DNA of 59,095 nt, the filler included, from Catajapyx aquilonaris (lineage: Eukaryota): NCBI GenBank assembly GCA_000934665.2. It is 4 parts of 4 records of this genome, joined end to end, with 100 filler letters (N's around TTAATTAATTAA, not from the genome) between each part and the next. Parts side by side here need not be neighbours in the genome. Positions count along the whole stretch, not along the records: positions 1 to 14,723 come from JYFJ02007711.1; positions 14,824 to 29,511 come from JYFJ02007712.1; 2 more parts are not named here. One strand, given 5' to 3'. Under the pieces are notes generated by a model, which was not told where the DNA came from, made no database searches, and saw only the letters and a list, made by a program, of their open reading frames with translations. Below are positions 13,383 to 26,569 of the stretch, one piece after another. Position 1 is the stretch's first letter. Every line of letters starts with the position of its first letter. The position numbers were made by a program, and so were the translations under genes.

Positions 13383-13934
13383 ACCCCGTCTTGCTTATTG
13401 ACCCTCTTCCTACACCTCCCCAATGAGAAGCAAAGCTTTCGATACATTTTGTAGGCCTGGGTTAGCAGTAGCCTCAAAATATAAATCAGGGACCCAAAAA
13501 AACATTCCAAACCTAATTCTTACATACTTCAAGAGCAGTTTAATTAAGACGCTATTATTTACGATCGCATTTTCACGATTCTGGACAACTGTGGATGTCG
13601 CTGTCGTGAGCTGATGGAAGCCGAGATCGGAGCGAGTGAGTGCGCTCGACAGCAAGGCGGATGCGTTGGTTCGTCGTTACCGTCCAAATAAATACATGAA
13701 GGTGTTGTATTGGGCCAGATTGGGCTGAATCTTTGCACACTGCTTTTGTGCATCACTCCCACGGAAGTCTGCAAGTGTGACGACCAAATCATTGGTATTG
13801 GGTGGTGCGTAAGGGAATTTTTTGCTATTTCCTGCAACGAACCAACGTTTCCAGATGTAGTCTCAGGTTCGTTACCAAAAATGACTATCATACAGAGATC
13901 ACCATGTTTGTGATACCACTTGTGTGAGTATGGT

Positions 13935-14232
13935 AACAAGTACTATGGGGCTCAAATTGTTTTGGCCCCTTTATCATGGTCTTGAAGCAACCCTTCAGAC
14001 ACACACACCTCTTCACCATGGGGCCTGTGCGAAGGGTTGCTTCAAGACCAGGATAAAGTGTCCAAAACAATTTGAGCTCCATATAGGTACAGACGTACAG
14101 TCCATGGAAGGGTGGACAGGTGGAGAAGGAGATTCTCCTTCTCCTCTTGGACACTTTATCCTGGTCTTGAAGCAACCCTTCGCACAGGCCATCACCAAGC
14201 CCCCGCCTTCTGAAGGCGGGGGCTTGGTGATG
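13935..14232. mobile_element. Helentron-associated (HINE-like) non-autonomous element
   Basis: Starts AACAAG; internal inverted repeats around a short (CA)n; ends in a perfect 21-bp-stem GC hairpin catcaccaagcccccgccttc-t-gaaggcgggggcttggtgatg. Superfamily is inferred. Confidence 0.55.
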
Positions 14233-14723
14233 TCTGTTGGGAGTGAAATAAATCAGACAGTAAGAGACAGAGAGCATATACCGTTCTACATATACTACAT
14301 ATACTAGTATATGCTCCCAGGTGACGGTTTACATGCGAATGATCTGAGAGCGCAATGTCATCGCCGAGTTTGGGGTGAAAATCTATATTGTTATCATGAC
14401 TGTTACTTTCTCTCCAAACAATATTGGATTCATCGCTCGGCAACATTGCAGGATCATATCACTCACGATGTAAACGCACCTTTAATATTGGAAAAATGGT
14501 TCATTCCAGAAACGCTGCGGTTCGCTGTCATATTATCTTGTATGAAAATATGGCTATATCAATGACACAAAAATATAATTTAAATAAACAAAATAGTGAT
14601 TTATAAAGTACTAGGAATATTATTAATAAAACATAAAATACCGGTCTTGTTGAGGCTTCATAGTTACGGCATATATGGAAAAATATCGCTCTATAAAATG
14701 ACGAACTTTGGCTCGTTCTTTTC

Positions 14724-14823
14724 NNNNNNNNNNNNNNNNNNNNNNNNNNNNNNNNNNNNNNNNNNNNTTAATTAATTAANNNNNNNNNNNNNNNNNNNNN
14801 NNNNNNNNNNNNNNNNNNNNNNN
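14724..14823. other. Artificial spacer (44N-TTAATTAATTAA-44N)
   Basis: All-frame stop linker; identical at 29512 and 44301. Confidence 0.97.
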
Positions 14824-16310
14824 AATTTCATGTGTGTGTTTAATCTGCCTGTAATGTTGGTATCTATGTGTATCTTGGAGGCTGGCAAGGAGCTGCTGAC
14901 TCAGAAGGTGTTTGGACTTGGACAGTAACGATGTAAGATCGGTTTGCAGGTCCTGCCAGGATAACCCCAATTGAGCCAACAGAACTGAATACGAGTTGCG
15001 CCAATTTGGTTTGTTTGAGATTGTGGCATAGTCGAACGCGTTGCGTAATATAGTCCCCTGCTTAGCTTGGCTAAACTTACTGATTAACTTCGCAGTTTGC
15101 TTTATTAATATAAGAGAGATAGGAGTCTGTCCAGATTCAAGGTAGACAAAATATGAAGCAGTATTCTTGGGCAGTCTCAAAAGTTTCTTTAGGAAGGTCA
15201 ACTGAACCTGGTTCATCACCGAGGAGAACCGCGGGCCCCAGATCTGGGCGCCGTATGTGATTATGGGGAGAACATTCGAATTGAATAGCCTGATTGCAAC
15301 CTGGATATCTCTAATTTTTAGCTTTATTAGGGTCGACCACATTGAATTTATCGCAGCCAAAGCTTTGGTTTTAAAATATTGAGCTGCTACATTGAATTTC
15401 CCTGATATAGTGAATGGAACCCCTAAGTAGATATACGTGTTAGAGGGGGTTATCCGTGCCTCACCCCACCAAAAAGGGCGGTCTGGATGTCTTCCGCCAC
15501 GTCGGAAGCATAGAATATTTGTCTTCTTCAGATTTATCTGTAGGGAATTTTTTTCAAAGTAGGCACGCACTGCATTTAAATTACGTTGTAAGTATAGCGG
15601 ATTGTCAGACAGAAGAACAATATCGTCCGCAAAAGCTAAAAAAATTATATCTGGCGTACCCAGTCCAAGGTTAACACCATTTACGTCATGTGATAACAAA
15701 AAGTCCGACATATCCGATAGAAAAAGGTTAAATAAAGTTGGGCTCATCGATTCGCCTTGTGGCAGGCCCTGGACAATCGGAATGTAGTCCTGCGCTAGCT
15801 CGTGGCTTACAATTCTCATTTTGCTATAAATTTCTTGTAGAAGCATGAGCAACTTGTGACTCATGCCTAGTTGGGCCAATTTCCAAAAAAGTAATTTATG
15901 GTGAATAGAATCAAAAGCCTTGGACAGGTCAATAAATACCGCGTATAATTTTCCTTTAGGTTTACTCAGATATTTATAAATCAAGGTTTGTAAGGTAAAG
16001 AGATGGTCCATGCAGGCACGAACGGCCTTTGCAAAAGGCTGCTTGCCAATCAGGGATCAAATGGAATATCTCAATCCATTTCCGTAATCTGAGTGCCAAA
16101 ATTGCAGTAAACAGCTTAAAAGTATTGTTAAATAGGGCAATGGGTCGGTAATTATTTGGATCCAAACCATCTCCTGCCTTAAATATGGGAACAATTTTTG
16201 CTTCGGCCCAACCATCTGGGCAGGAATGCTCGCGTATACATTTCGCAAAAATTTCAAAAAGAACATCTCTCATCTTCGAGGAGCTTTCCTTCAACATCGA
16301 GTTAGATATG
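14824..16310 (-). mobile_element. 5'-truncated non-LTR retrotransposon RT fragment, RTE-X-like
   Basis: PIFKAGD..NYRPIAL, FIDLSKAFDS, GLPQGESMSP, FADD, YLGV and LFNSNVLPIITYGAQIWG motifs; one frameshift near 16015; 3' end runs off the segment. Confidence 0.92.
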
Positions 16311-16563
16311 TAATCCCCATCTCAGTATGAGTACTGTTATAGTTCTCACTGTGGGAGGGGCTCCAAGTAAGTGAAGACACAGGGACTGAGCTCTGAATAC
16401 AGTGGCCGTCTGGGTAGGACTGCTGCTCGCTGGCAGCCAGGGTTGGTGTAGTGGGCAAGGCATGGCATACTATGGTGCAACAGGAAGGGAGTCGGATTGG
16501 TGGGTGGGGGTCTACGGGAAAAACCCTCCAGCCTTGTACATCTTTATTTCCGGGTACTATTAC

Positions 16564-16918
16564 AAAAATAAGCAGTAAAACTGCCGAAAACTATTCTTCC
16601 TCTGGGTGAGATGAAAAGTAAGAAACAAGTCCATAGGTGGGGGTTGGTTCGTGTCATAGGGATGTGTGATAATCAAATTTAATTCAAAACATTCGTGCTT
16701 TGGAGCTGGGAAGAATTAGGCAGATATCGCTTTTATGTACTCCTCCGACTCTCCTACTCTGCCTAATTCTTCCCAGCCCCAAAGCACGAATGCTTTGAAT
16801 TAAATTTGATTATCACACATCCCTATGACACGAACCAACCCCCACCTATGGACTTGTTTCTTACTTTTAGTCTCACCCAGAGGAAGAATAGTTTTCGGCA
16901 GTTTTACTGCTTATTTTT
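16564..16918. repeat. Near-perfect inverted repeat (about 160-bp arms, about 35-bp loop)
   Basis: aaaaataagcagtaaaactgccgaaaac... mirrors ...gttttcggcagttttactgcttattttt. Confidence 0.9.
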
Positions 16919-18631
16919 ATTTAATTCTTTTCATCATCAGAATAAAGTGAAAACCTGCTCATGCCCCCCTTTCGTCCCAAAATGTTTCCCCCCTTCAACC
17001 TCCTGTGGGGGAAGTGGGCTCTAGACTGGGACCCCCCCTCCCAAGTATATCCGGTCTCGGTACAGAAAGTGGGCGAGAGCCACAAAACTGACACTTTCGA
17101 AATCGCCTTGTAGCTCAAAAAGTAAAGGGTTTTCTCAAAAAAAGGTAGGCAGGAGGGCACCCCCTGGGAACATTGCGGTTCTAATGACCCTCTAATGACC
17201 CTCTACGACGCACCGTTTAGGCTGTACCCTGGTGCGACTAACGAAACTTTTTTGAACTTTGACCCCGGCTAATGACCCCGGTAATGGCCCTAGTTGTTGT
17301 TTATCCAGCTAAAGTTTGAAACTGGAGTGAGCGGAGTGTAAATCTTGTTTCCGATTTGAAATCGATTAACACGATCGCGAGTTATGAAGTCGGGAAAAAA
17401 GCATTGGGATGAGGGCAATTCCCTACTATTCGTTTCACGCGCGCCGGATGGCCCGCGCCAGTTGCCCAGCTTCGCTGGGCAACTGGCAGGGAGGAAGAAT
17501 AGAACAAGTACCATGTACAAAAACCGCGTATTTGCCACGTGTTAGAGCCTGAAGGTGGGTTCCGAGAAGGGCTATTGTCTCTGACTTGTGTTTCCAGGCT
17601 AGGGCAAGCAAACTGCTTACTCCAGGCTCTAACACGTGAGGAAGATATAGTTTTCGTACACGGTACTCATACTGAGATGGTTTTCTGCACTCCTGACACC
17701 TTCCGCTGTTCAAAAACTGATTACCGATCAGTGCTCAACATTCATTGCCTCAATATCTGACTGGACAGTCTTTTTGATGGTGGTGTCCTAAACATAATGC
17801 ACACTGCCTATGTGTCGAGTGATCGAATGGCTAACTGTCAGTGTGTCATAATACTACACTGGTACGGTCTTCGTCTTGTGTACGTATAAGCTGTCTTGAC
17901 AAACCCATCCGGAAATTAGCCATATGACCGTGGCTCCTTTTCATCTGAATAACCCTAATACTGTATATTCAAATTTCAAAGTTATAAGTACTGTTTGGAA
18001 TTACAATCTTTAAGAAATTTCCACAAAATCAACATAGCTACATGGTGATGCACAACATTAGCTAGACTCCAATTTTTTCAAGCCCAAAATGAAATCACCC
18101 TTTCAACATTAATATGCCTAGAGAATGAAAAGACATTCATGCTTTCATCAAAAATGGGTGGGTCATTCCATATCAACTTAACAAGCCTCCGTACCGTTGA
18201 GTTGTCACATCATGATGATAAACCTCATTCTAACCTCGAATTTCGAAATCAGCAGGGTCTAATTAGTCTAAAAAGGCTTGGTAAGCTTGTTTCCAATTCT
18301 GCTTCCAACATGAACGATAGGAGATTTGGGGCCCGGTCGGTCTTATTTGGGCGCACATGCGCTCCTTCACATGCAATTTTCTTACTTAAATGGAAAATTA
18401 CTGCCGTACCATAACGGAGATTTTTTTACAACAAAACAATGCGGAACATTGTAAATGTGATAGTGACAGTTATTTTTAAGTTTTGAACACCTTTTGTCGC
18501 TGGACATAAAGGTAGGCTTCCTTATTGAGTTCTGTGCTTTAAAAAATCCAAACTTCTCTAACTCGAATATTCTATAACTCGAAGTTCTTTTCAGGTCCCA
18601 TGGAGATTCGACTTATAGAAGTTTTACTGTA

Positions 18632-18796
18632 CAGTGTTGGTCATATATCGAGGCAACATCGAGCGACATTTTCCGAAGCGGCAGAAGAAGGAATCGAAGA
18701 TAAGCATACTTACAAGCCGGGCGAGCAAGATTCCTTCTTCTGCCTCTTCGGAAAATGTCGCTAGCAGTTGCCTCGATATAATTATGACCAACACTG
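18632..18796. mobile_element. Palindromic MITE flanked by TA
   Basis: TA-CAGTGTTGGTCATA ... TATGACCAACACTG-TA; abuts a pogo/Tigger-like end at 18550-18630. Confidence 0.75.
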
Positions 18797-18967
18797 TACT
18801 TCATTTACCCATAGATAGTCTATTAGTAAATGCAGTAAATCTCAAGAACTGTGCCTGACAGCACAATTCTAAGTGCAGATTTGGAATGATGGCGAAAGGT
18901 ACTATAAGAATCGCTATTCACATCTTCAGAAAGAGCAAAAAGATTTTTTGTAGAAGAGTGAAATTAA

Positions 18968-19437
18968 CCCTAACTACGTAGGTGGAGCCTGACAGGCTCC
19001 AAGCACTATTTAAACGCATGTAACTTTTTCATTGAATTTTATTTTCCCCTGTCCTTCCGTGACTTTGTCAGAAAAACCTCCCTAAGCATGAAAAGGAAAG
19101 AAACAAATTTTTAGTCCCTATTCTTTGGTTTAAAAAAATTCGTAACGAGGAACAGGTCCCTCCTGGAACCGCTCAGGCCCTATATCTCGTAGGTGAAGCC
19201 TGAGCGGCTCAAGCATGGTGTAACCTTTTAATTAAAAAATTTTCCCTGTTGGAATATGCTGACTCAGCGTGTGATTTTTACGTTTTCGGAAGCCTAATGA
19301 TATGAACTGCACTTTCTGTAAGTGAAAAGTCCAATATAACAATTTAGTTGATAAGCAGAAATTTAAATATACCGTTGGAGCCTCTCCGGCTCCACCTACG
19401 TAGTTAAAGGTGTTTCACCCACCTACGCAGTTGAGGG
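18968..19437. mobile_element. piggyBac-type MITE
   Basis: TTAA|CCCTAACTACGTAGGTGG ... CCACCTACGCAGTTGAGGG|TTAA; right subterminal region duplicated. Confidence 0.85.
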
Positions 19438-19615
19438 TTAACGGTATATCTGCAAAACACATGCACACTTCTTATATTCTCATATCCACAGGGAGTAGCC
19501 TTTATTTCCAACCTCATGGCTATTTACATCTGGGAATGGGCAGGAAACAACAATAGTTTGCAATGCAAGGTGTGCGTGCCCTTTTGCCCTACTTCAACGT
19601 GTAGTGGGGCAATAT

Positions 19616-20425
19616 CTACTATCCGTTTATTAGTCCGGGCCCTAAGTGCAAAAATCAGGCCTAACCTTGCACTTTGTGATAAGAAGGTGCCACTTGGCAC
19701 ATATGTTCCCTAGGTCTGTAGGAGTCGTTTGAGAGATGGCGGCACTTGATCGGCTCCGTAGGTCAGGAATTATGCGGTGTTGCCAACCTGGTCCGGAACC
19801 TAAGCATAACTGCATAACACGTGACCTAAGGGGCAGATCAGCATCAGGTGCCGCCAACTCTCACATGGAACCTCTAGGCCTGGGGAACATGCTTGCCAAA
19901 ATCCCAAAATGCAAAGTTAAAAATGGTTCAAAACGCTTAGGTCCAGGACCATGTTGGCAACACGGCATAACTCCTGACCTAAGGAGCCGATCAAGTGCCG
20001 CCATCTCTCAAACGACTCCTACAGACCTAGGGAACATAATTATGTGCCAAGCGGTACCTTCTTATCACAAAATGCAACGTTAAAACGCTCAGGTCATCCC
20101 AGGCCATGTTGGCAACACAGCATAACTGGTGACCTAAGGGGCCGATCAGTTGCCTGCAACTCTGGAATAGCTCCTATAGGCCTAAGGAACATATGTGCCA
20201 AGTGGCACCTTTTTATCACAAAGTGCAAGGTTAAGACGCGTAGGGCCCGGACTATATGGAGCCCTGTGTTTGGCTCTAAACAACTCCCAGGCAAATTATC
20301 CCCCCAAAAAAAGAATGGCTCGTTTAAATCCACGTTACATACCATTATTTTTATTTTTTTGATAATTTGCCTGGGAGTTGTTTAGAGTCAAACACAGGGC
20401 TCTATATTAAATAAACGGATAGTAG
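19616..20425. mobile_element. Palindromic element hosting an insertion
   Basis: CTACTATCCGTTTAT ... ATAAACGGATAGTAG; arms 20255-20300 and 20360-20405. Confidence 0.65.
19631..20254. mobile_element. Academ-like non-autonomous foldback element
   Basis: TAT|TAGTCCGGGCCCTA ... TAGGGCCCGGACTA|TAT (3-bp TSD, TAG..CTA termini) with internal direct and inverted subunits. Confidence 0.7.
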
Positions 20426-20572
20426 TCAATTATATTCCTTGGCCAGAAAAGCCACAGTACTAGTCAGTTTGGTGATGGCGGTCATGTATGTAGTTGCATC
20501 AACAGGATGTTCAATTGGTGTTTTTGCGACAACTACCAAGTTGCTAGACTCAGGTTGTGAATTTCCACATTA

Positions 20573-20755
20573 AGGCTCATTCACACAGGCCGTCGACGGT
20601 TTTGGTTTTTGGTCGCGTTGACCCTGCGGACCAATCATGACCCATGTAAACAAGCTCTAAACAATGGGTTGTGCTTGTTTACATGAGTCATGATTGGTCC
20701 GCGGTGTCAACGCGACCAAAAACCAAAACCATCAACGGCCTGTGTGAATGGGCCT
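20573..20755. mobile_element. PIF/Harbinger-type palindromic MITE
   Basis: TTA|AGGCTCATTCACAC ... GTGTGAATGGGCCT|TTA; almost a complete hairpin. Confidence 0.85.
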
Positions 20756-20995
20756 TTATGGAGAACATCTGAAGGGATAGGAGACTCCTCTTATGTAAAT
20801 GTCTGATTACCATTACTTGCGATGAAATGTAATAATTAAAGAACAGATTTTTAGGTTCTAAAAAACCCTGAAATAGGCAGGCATTTAGGTCCTGCAAACA
20901 GTCAACATAGGCTCTTAAATAGGCAGTAAAAATCAAGCAGGTCCTAAATTATTTTCATTCCTCTGCAATATTACAGCCTACTCGGATAGGGTACA

Positions 20996-21313
20996 GGGGC
21001 CGTCCAGACGGGCCAACCAGAGCCGCGGCTGGCCGCGGCCACGGCCCCGGCCACGGCTAGCCACGGCACCCGTTCTGACGGGCACATATTTTAATAACAG
21101 CCACCCGCATTTGTAATAGTGGCCGGTAGTCATGGCAGCGACGAAAAACAAGTGACGCGCAGTATCCGTCGCCGAGGCCAAGCCGTGGCCAAGCAGCGAG
21201 CCAACTTCCCGGAAGTCGGCCAACTTGGCCAACTTCTGAGCCGTGGCCGTTGCCGTGTGAACCGTCGCGGCCTCGACCAGCCGCGGCTAAGGTTGGCCCG
21301 TCTGGACGGCCCC
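20996..21313. mobile_element. GC-rich Harbinger-like MITE
   Basis: ACA|GGGGCCGTCCAGACGGGCCAACC ... GGTTGGCCCGTCTGGACGGCCCC|ACA, 3-bp TSD. Confidence 0.8.
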
Positions 21314-22316
21314 ACAGTTTATCCGCACCTTAACAACGCGGTCGTGGTTGGGCGGACGGGGGCCTCCCGACGGTTGCCAACGGTGCGTCACAAACAATCG
21401 GGTGCCTTAATACTGCTGTCAAATTCGAATGCCTTCACGGTTGCTATTGTGGTTGCTATGTTTTGTCAAACCACAGTAGCCTTTCTTGGTGGGTCGCAGA
21501 TCTTGACGGAGTGTGTTTGATTAGGTCGCCAGGTCGTGACTGAGTGTGCACATAACCAACTATTGACATGAACACCTGGAAATTGTTCTGGATGTGCCAA
21601 GGAGGCATGAAGTATTCGCTGAATCAATTACGAAACAGTACCTTCGGGCGATTCTAAGGTGATTCTAGGATGGAATAGCCCTTTGTGTTGGTGATGCTGT
21701 ATGACTTTTAGTTACCACAACAGTACTGTCCATTTCTGTGGCCCTGCCAGGCACGGTACGTCGCCCGTGCGTTTTTGAGGAGCGATAGCGGAGCTGGGCG
21801 CTTATTGTGGGTTTGTACATGCCTACAATGCGGTCCTCATTGTGCGCTGCAGACCAACGAACGTTACTCTGGCTTTGCCAAGCTCGAAGTTTACATTCAC
21901 ACAGTAGTCCATTAAATCAACGAACGACATGACGTCACAATCCGCCCATTTCCACCAGGCTCTCCCCTCCATCATGTCCACGACTCACTCTGCAGACATA
22001 CTACTGCACATGCTAAGAAAACACGGCTGGTGTTACATATTACATCATGTCGTTCTTTGGGTTAACTAACTGCAGTAACCCTCATGGCGTTCAAATTTGC
22101 CACCTCCTTCATTATGACCGTGGCCCCAGCACTCATCTGATCGGTTCGCATGGCAGGGGTAAGAAGACGCTCTTTGTTGTGCTCTCCTGGGAACTGATTG
22201 TTTGCGACCCGTAGCCAACATGTTTGGAGCCCACCCCGTCAGCCCAACCCCGTCGCGTCGCTAGGTGCGGATAAAGGGTAGACTTTCCGCCTACTCTTGG
22301 CCATGAAATTTTGCAG

Positions 22317-22455
22317 AACAGTAACAACCTATCCGTTTTTCCATATTTTTGTGGGTTAATCAGTGGCGCCTCTATTACAATACATCTTTATATGCTGAAA
22401 ATGAGGTTTCAACATCACACAAAGCAACTGGACCATACTTGAAAAGTGAAATACT
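22317..22455 (-). pseudogene. Decayed hAT-family transposase C-terminal dimerisation domain
   Basis: Manual translation SISLFKYGPVALCDVETSFSAYKDVL**RRH*LTHKNMEKRIGCYC resembles the hAT motif FKYAPxTSCDVERSFS.YK..L.DRR..L...N; contains stops. Confidence 0.65.
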
Positions 22456-23326
22456 GTATCTTCTACACACAGTTCATCCCGCATGCATACAGCTTCTTCA
22501 CCCCTCATAGGTTGAAGCAGGAGGGATGCCTTGAACGGAAAATCTGCAGAACTATTGAAAATCTTACAAAACGGCGTCAAAAAGGTGGAAAAAGGTTAAA
22601 TACGCTCTAATAGGCCATTTCGGTCCCAATGCCTGAAATAGGAAATGTTAGGTTCTATACAACTATGATATTTGAGGTCCTTGTGTTATAAAATGGACAG
22701 ATATTTTAGTTTCGGTGTTCTGCATACAGGACAAAGCGTAGGTAAAACCTTCTAGTAAAAAATTTTCGTAATAAATGTGTGATTTCATAACAAAGTGTAC
22801 ACCTGATTACAGTAGTGGCCAACCCAGCAAAACATCCCTTTCCAGTCAAAATAAAGTGCAAATAGGTTCCAGAACGGACAAAATGTCCACTCCCTATGGA
22901 TGTGAGAATAACAATTTAGAGTTTCTACTGCAAACTTAGTCATATGCGATTTGATGTTTGCCTTGGGCATATAAACTTGATGTGAATTAATTCTAGCACA
23001 TCCATGGCCTAAACAATCAAGTCCTTCACATCCACTCACATTCCCAGTACATGCTATGGACTGTCGTACCTTATGCGTCGTCATCCTCATAATAAGCAGC
23101 AGCAACTTTTCCGCTCTCTTATCACTGCATTTACATACCGTATTACCTCACTTAAAGCGGCATGCAGGTATAAAACACGGTCGACCAGCATGCCGATATA
23201 ACCCGGGGGTGGCCGGCATGCCGCAATATCAGAGGGCGATTTCCGTAATTTAGATCCTTGTCATTTTTTGATGGAATCCTTCTAGTACCGTACGGAAATT
23301 ATGTTACGAAAAAAATGGGTGAATTA

Positions 23327-24349
23327 AGGCGGGTTCACACTAGCTGACGGTAGCATACGAAACGAACGGAACTTGGGGCTAGGTGTTCAGACACAAGAGC
23401 GAGGGGCTTGGCTTAAGGCCGGTATCCACGTACGAGATTCTCGCATACGAGGAGCCGCGAGGAGCCAACTGCGCATTCCCAGATACGAGAAAGTTGAAAA
23501 TTTTCAACTTTTACCCCTTTCCTCGTATCTGGGCATGCGCAGTTGGCTCCTCGCGGCTCCTCGTATGCGAGAATCTCGTGCGTGGATACCGGCCTGCCTC
23601 CGGATCCCGCAGCGCATGCGCTGTGCTTGAACTCTCTGGCAGGATCTCTATCCACCTTGCTGGCAGGACATTCCCTGGGGCTCTCCCTCCCTTCGGACCG
23701 GTACCCTTCTCTTCTCCCGTCTCCCCAGGCCCGCTTCCCCCGGCTCCCGCGTCGCGACTAAGGTCCTTCGTCCTGCCCCCGTCAGAGGCGCTGCCGTGCC
23801 GGCGCTGCCCACACTTTCCCTTTCACTTTCGCTCGCCACACCCCTGGCGCTTTCCTGGCTCTTCCATTGGTGGATAGGTCCGTAAGTCTCCGTATTCCGT
23901 GTCCGTCAGAAGTTGATTCCTTTCGTAAAAGAATCAACTCTTAACGGATACGTAATACGGAATACGGACCTATCCGTCCGTTTCCACCAATGGGAGAGCC
24001 AGGAAAGCGGCAGGGGTGTGGCGATCAGCGAGTGGGGGTAGAAAGTGGGGGAACCGGGGCAGCGCCTCCTCTGGCGGGGACAGGACGAAGGAGCTCAGTA
24101 TGGACACGGGAGCCGGAGAGCGGTCGTCGGGAGAAGACAGAAGAGAAGGGTCTCAACCGGGAGTGAGCGCCCGAGGGAAAGCCGCTTTCCTGCCAGATAG
24201 TTCAACCACAGCGCATGCGCTGCGGGATACGGAGGCTAAGCCACGCCCCTCGCTTTTATGTGTCTGAACACCTAGCCCCTATTTCCGTTCGTTTCGTCAT
24301 ACCGTTTCGTTCGTTTCGTATGCTACCGGCAGCTAGTGTGAACCCGCCT
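23327..24349. mobile_element. Harbinger-type foldback element, middle layer
   Basis: TTA|AGGCGGGTTCACACTAGCTG ... CAGCTAGTGTGAACCCGCCT|TTG; palindromic about a centre near 23925. Confidence 0.85.
23416..23595. mobile_element. Harbinger-like palindromic MITE, inner layer
   Basis: AGGCCGGTATCCACG ... CGTGGATACCGGCCT; absent from the mirror arm of the host element. Confidence 0.85.
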
Positions 24350-24738
24350 TTGTCTGTCTCCTATCCCAAAGACCTGTCCGGCTTGGGTGGCACTACCAGT
24401 AGACGAAGCTACCGCCGGCATCGCTCTTGGGGTCACGGGAGAAACGCCTGTACACTCACCCATTTTCATTGTAACATTATTTTAGTATGGTACCAGAAGC
24501 ATTCAAAAAATTTGGCAAGGATCAAAATTACGGAAATCTACCTCGGTTATTGCGGCATGCCGGCCAACCCAGGGTTATACCGCCATGCTGGTCGACCTCG
24601 TTTTATACTGGCGTGCCGCAATATGATAGGTAATACGGTAATTGTTTTATAAAACCGACCGGGGTTGTCGCCACCTAATATTTTTCCCCACCCCCTCGCG
24701 CGCGCTTGACCCGTGACTCTGAAACACCTAGTATAATT

Positions 24739-26072
24739 GAACCTCGGAATCGGAAAACAGGTTAAGTGGACCTCAAAATGACTTGGCACTTATGCACTTG
24801 TTGCTCTGAGCCTCTCTGTACGCCAAATGGAGCGTCGCAGGCGCACCAAACTCGGGTGGTAGGTGCGCCTGGCGAATCCATGACGATACAAGGTGTCAGG
24901 AATCCGATACGAGTAACGAGTGACGAATGGGAGCGGTGTCTTTGACCCCCCACCCTCTGGACACCCCCGAAAAGTTAACCTGTTTTCCGACTCCCATGCG
25001 AGTTCGAGGCCACGTTGACCCCTCTGCAGGTCACAGTGATTGTCGCACCTGGGTTAAAAAAAATTGGTATTTTTCTTGCGGCGAATGCGTGCCTATCCCC
25101 GGTATCACGATACCGCTAGGACAAACGAGTCAAATGCGGCACTGGTTTTTCTTACCCCCATCCTTTTTTTATTTCCGATTCCAATGCGAGTTCGAGGCCA
25201 CGTTGACCCCTCTGCAGGTCACAGTGATTGTCGCACCTGAACCAAACCAAAATAGCGTTTTTCTAGCGGCGAATTCGAACTTATCCCTGGTGTCACGAAA
25301 CCGACAGCACAGACGACTCAAATGCGACACTGGTTTATCTGATCCCCCACCTGGGATGTCGCCTATAGTGCATCAGTAGATTATACTTGGTGTAGGTATG
25401 TGTACACAGCATGCACGCCTATGTACTGTACACAACCGGTTGGCGACACCATTAGCAACATGCAGCAGCATATGTTGTACATTGTAGCCTACGCAATTAT
25501 GTGATATCTGATGCGGCTTTGGTGTAAAAAGCAGTTCTACACGACATATATTGATGTTTCCAGTTACTTTTATTTACCATATTCCTTTATCTGTTTTAAA
25601 ATGTATCTACACTAAAAAGAAGGCATTGGAATCGGAAATAAAAAAGGGATGGGGGTAAGAAAAACCAGTGCCGCATTTGACTCGTTTGTCCTAGCGGTAT
25701 CGTGATACCGGGGATAGGTACGCATTCGCCGCAAGAAAAATACCAAATTTTTTTTTACCCAGGTGCGACAATCACTGTGACCTGCAGAGGGGTCAACGTG
25801 GCCTCGAACTCGCATGGGAGTCGGAAAACAGGTTAACTTTACGCGGGTCTCCAGAGGGTGGGGGGTCAAAGACACCGCTCCCATTCGTCACTCGTTACTC
25901 GTATCGGATTCCTGACACCTTGTATCGTCATGGATTCGCCAGGCGCACCTACCACCCGAGTTTGGTGCGCCTGCGACGCTCCGTTTGGCGTACAGCGAGG
26001 CTCAGAGCAACAAGGGCATAACTGCCAAGTCATTTTGAAGTCCACTTAACCTGTTTTCCGATTCCGAGGTTC
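24739..26072. mobile_element. Long-TIR (about 450 bp) DNA transposon with AATT flanks, Sola1-like
   Basis: AATT|GAACCTCGGAATCGG ... CCGATTCCGAGGTTC|AATT; the ORF track shows mirrored peptides; left arm followed by a tandem subunit of about 190 bp. Confidence 0.75.
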
Positions 26073-26569
26073 AATTAATGAGGTTCACAACTTTATAATA
26101 CTAGAGTTATGAAGTCTGACAAATTGAATATACTGTACATTGTACAATCAAAGCAATCTAACATAATGACACCCCTACAGACAATTAAAAACATTTCATA
26201 AATGCCAATATTACACATAATTTTCCTCTTCTTCTGGTATAATAGATAATGAAACACCACAATCTGGTACATTGCCACTAATAATTTCAAAGGACAAATC
26301 ATGCAACGGATCATGATTCATGTACATGGCACATGCCTCTGGGGAAGGACAGCATAAAGGATGAAGGTAAACATCAGTTGCAAAGTTTGCAGGCTACGTT
26401 AGGGTGAAAAAATGGTGTGGTAAAGGGAGATGGGAAAAGGGTGAAGAAAAAGGGATGGATTAAGTAATTTCAATATTGTACAGAATGAGGGCTTAGTTAT
26501 CTCATAGAATAACTAGTCAAATATTTTATTCTCATTGTGGTTACTATATTCTACTAATGTAGTAATATA

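Larger units (their letters stand above)
23138..24638. mobile_element. Tc1/mariner(pogo)-type long-TIR MITE, outer layer of a nest
   Basis: TA|CCGTATTACC ... GGTAATACGG|TA with about 185-bp imperfect TIRs. Confidence 0.8.

Noticed and set aside
14190..14232. IS200/IS605 or Fanzor-type end hairpin
   Set aside because: No TnpB/Fanzor ORF nearby; the context fits a Helentron-type terminal hairpin better.
22785..23105. Possible FLYWCH/MULE remnant
   Set aside because: Only scattered W/C/H residues across different frames; insufficient support.
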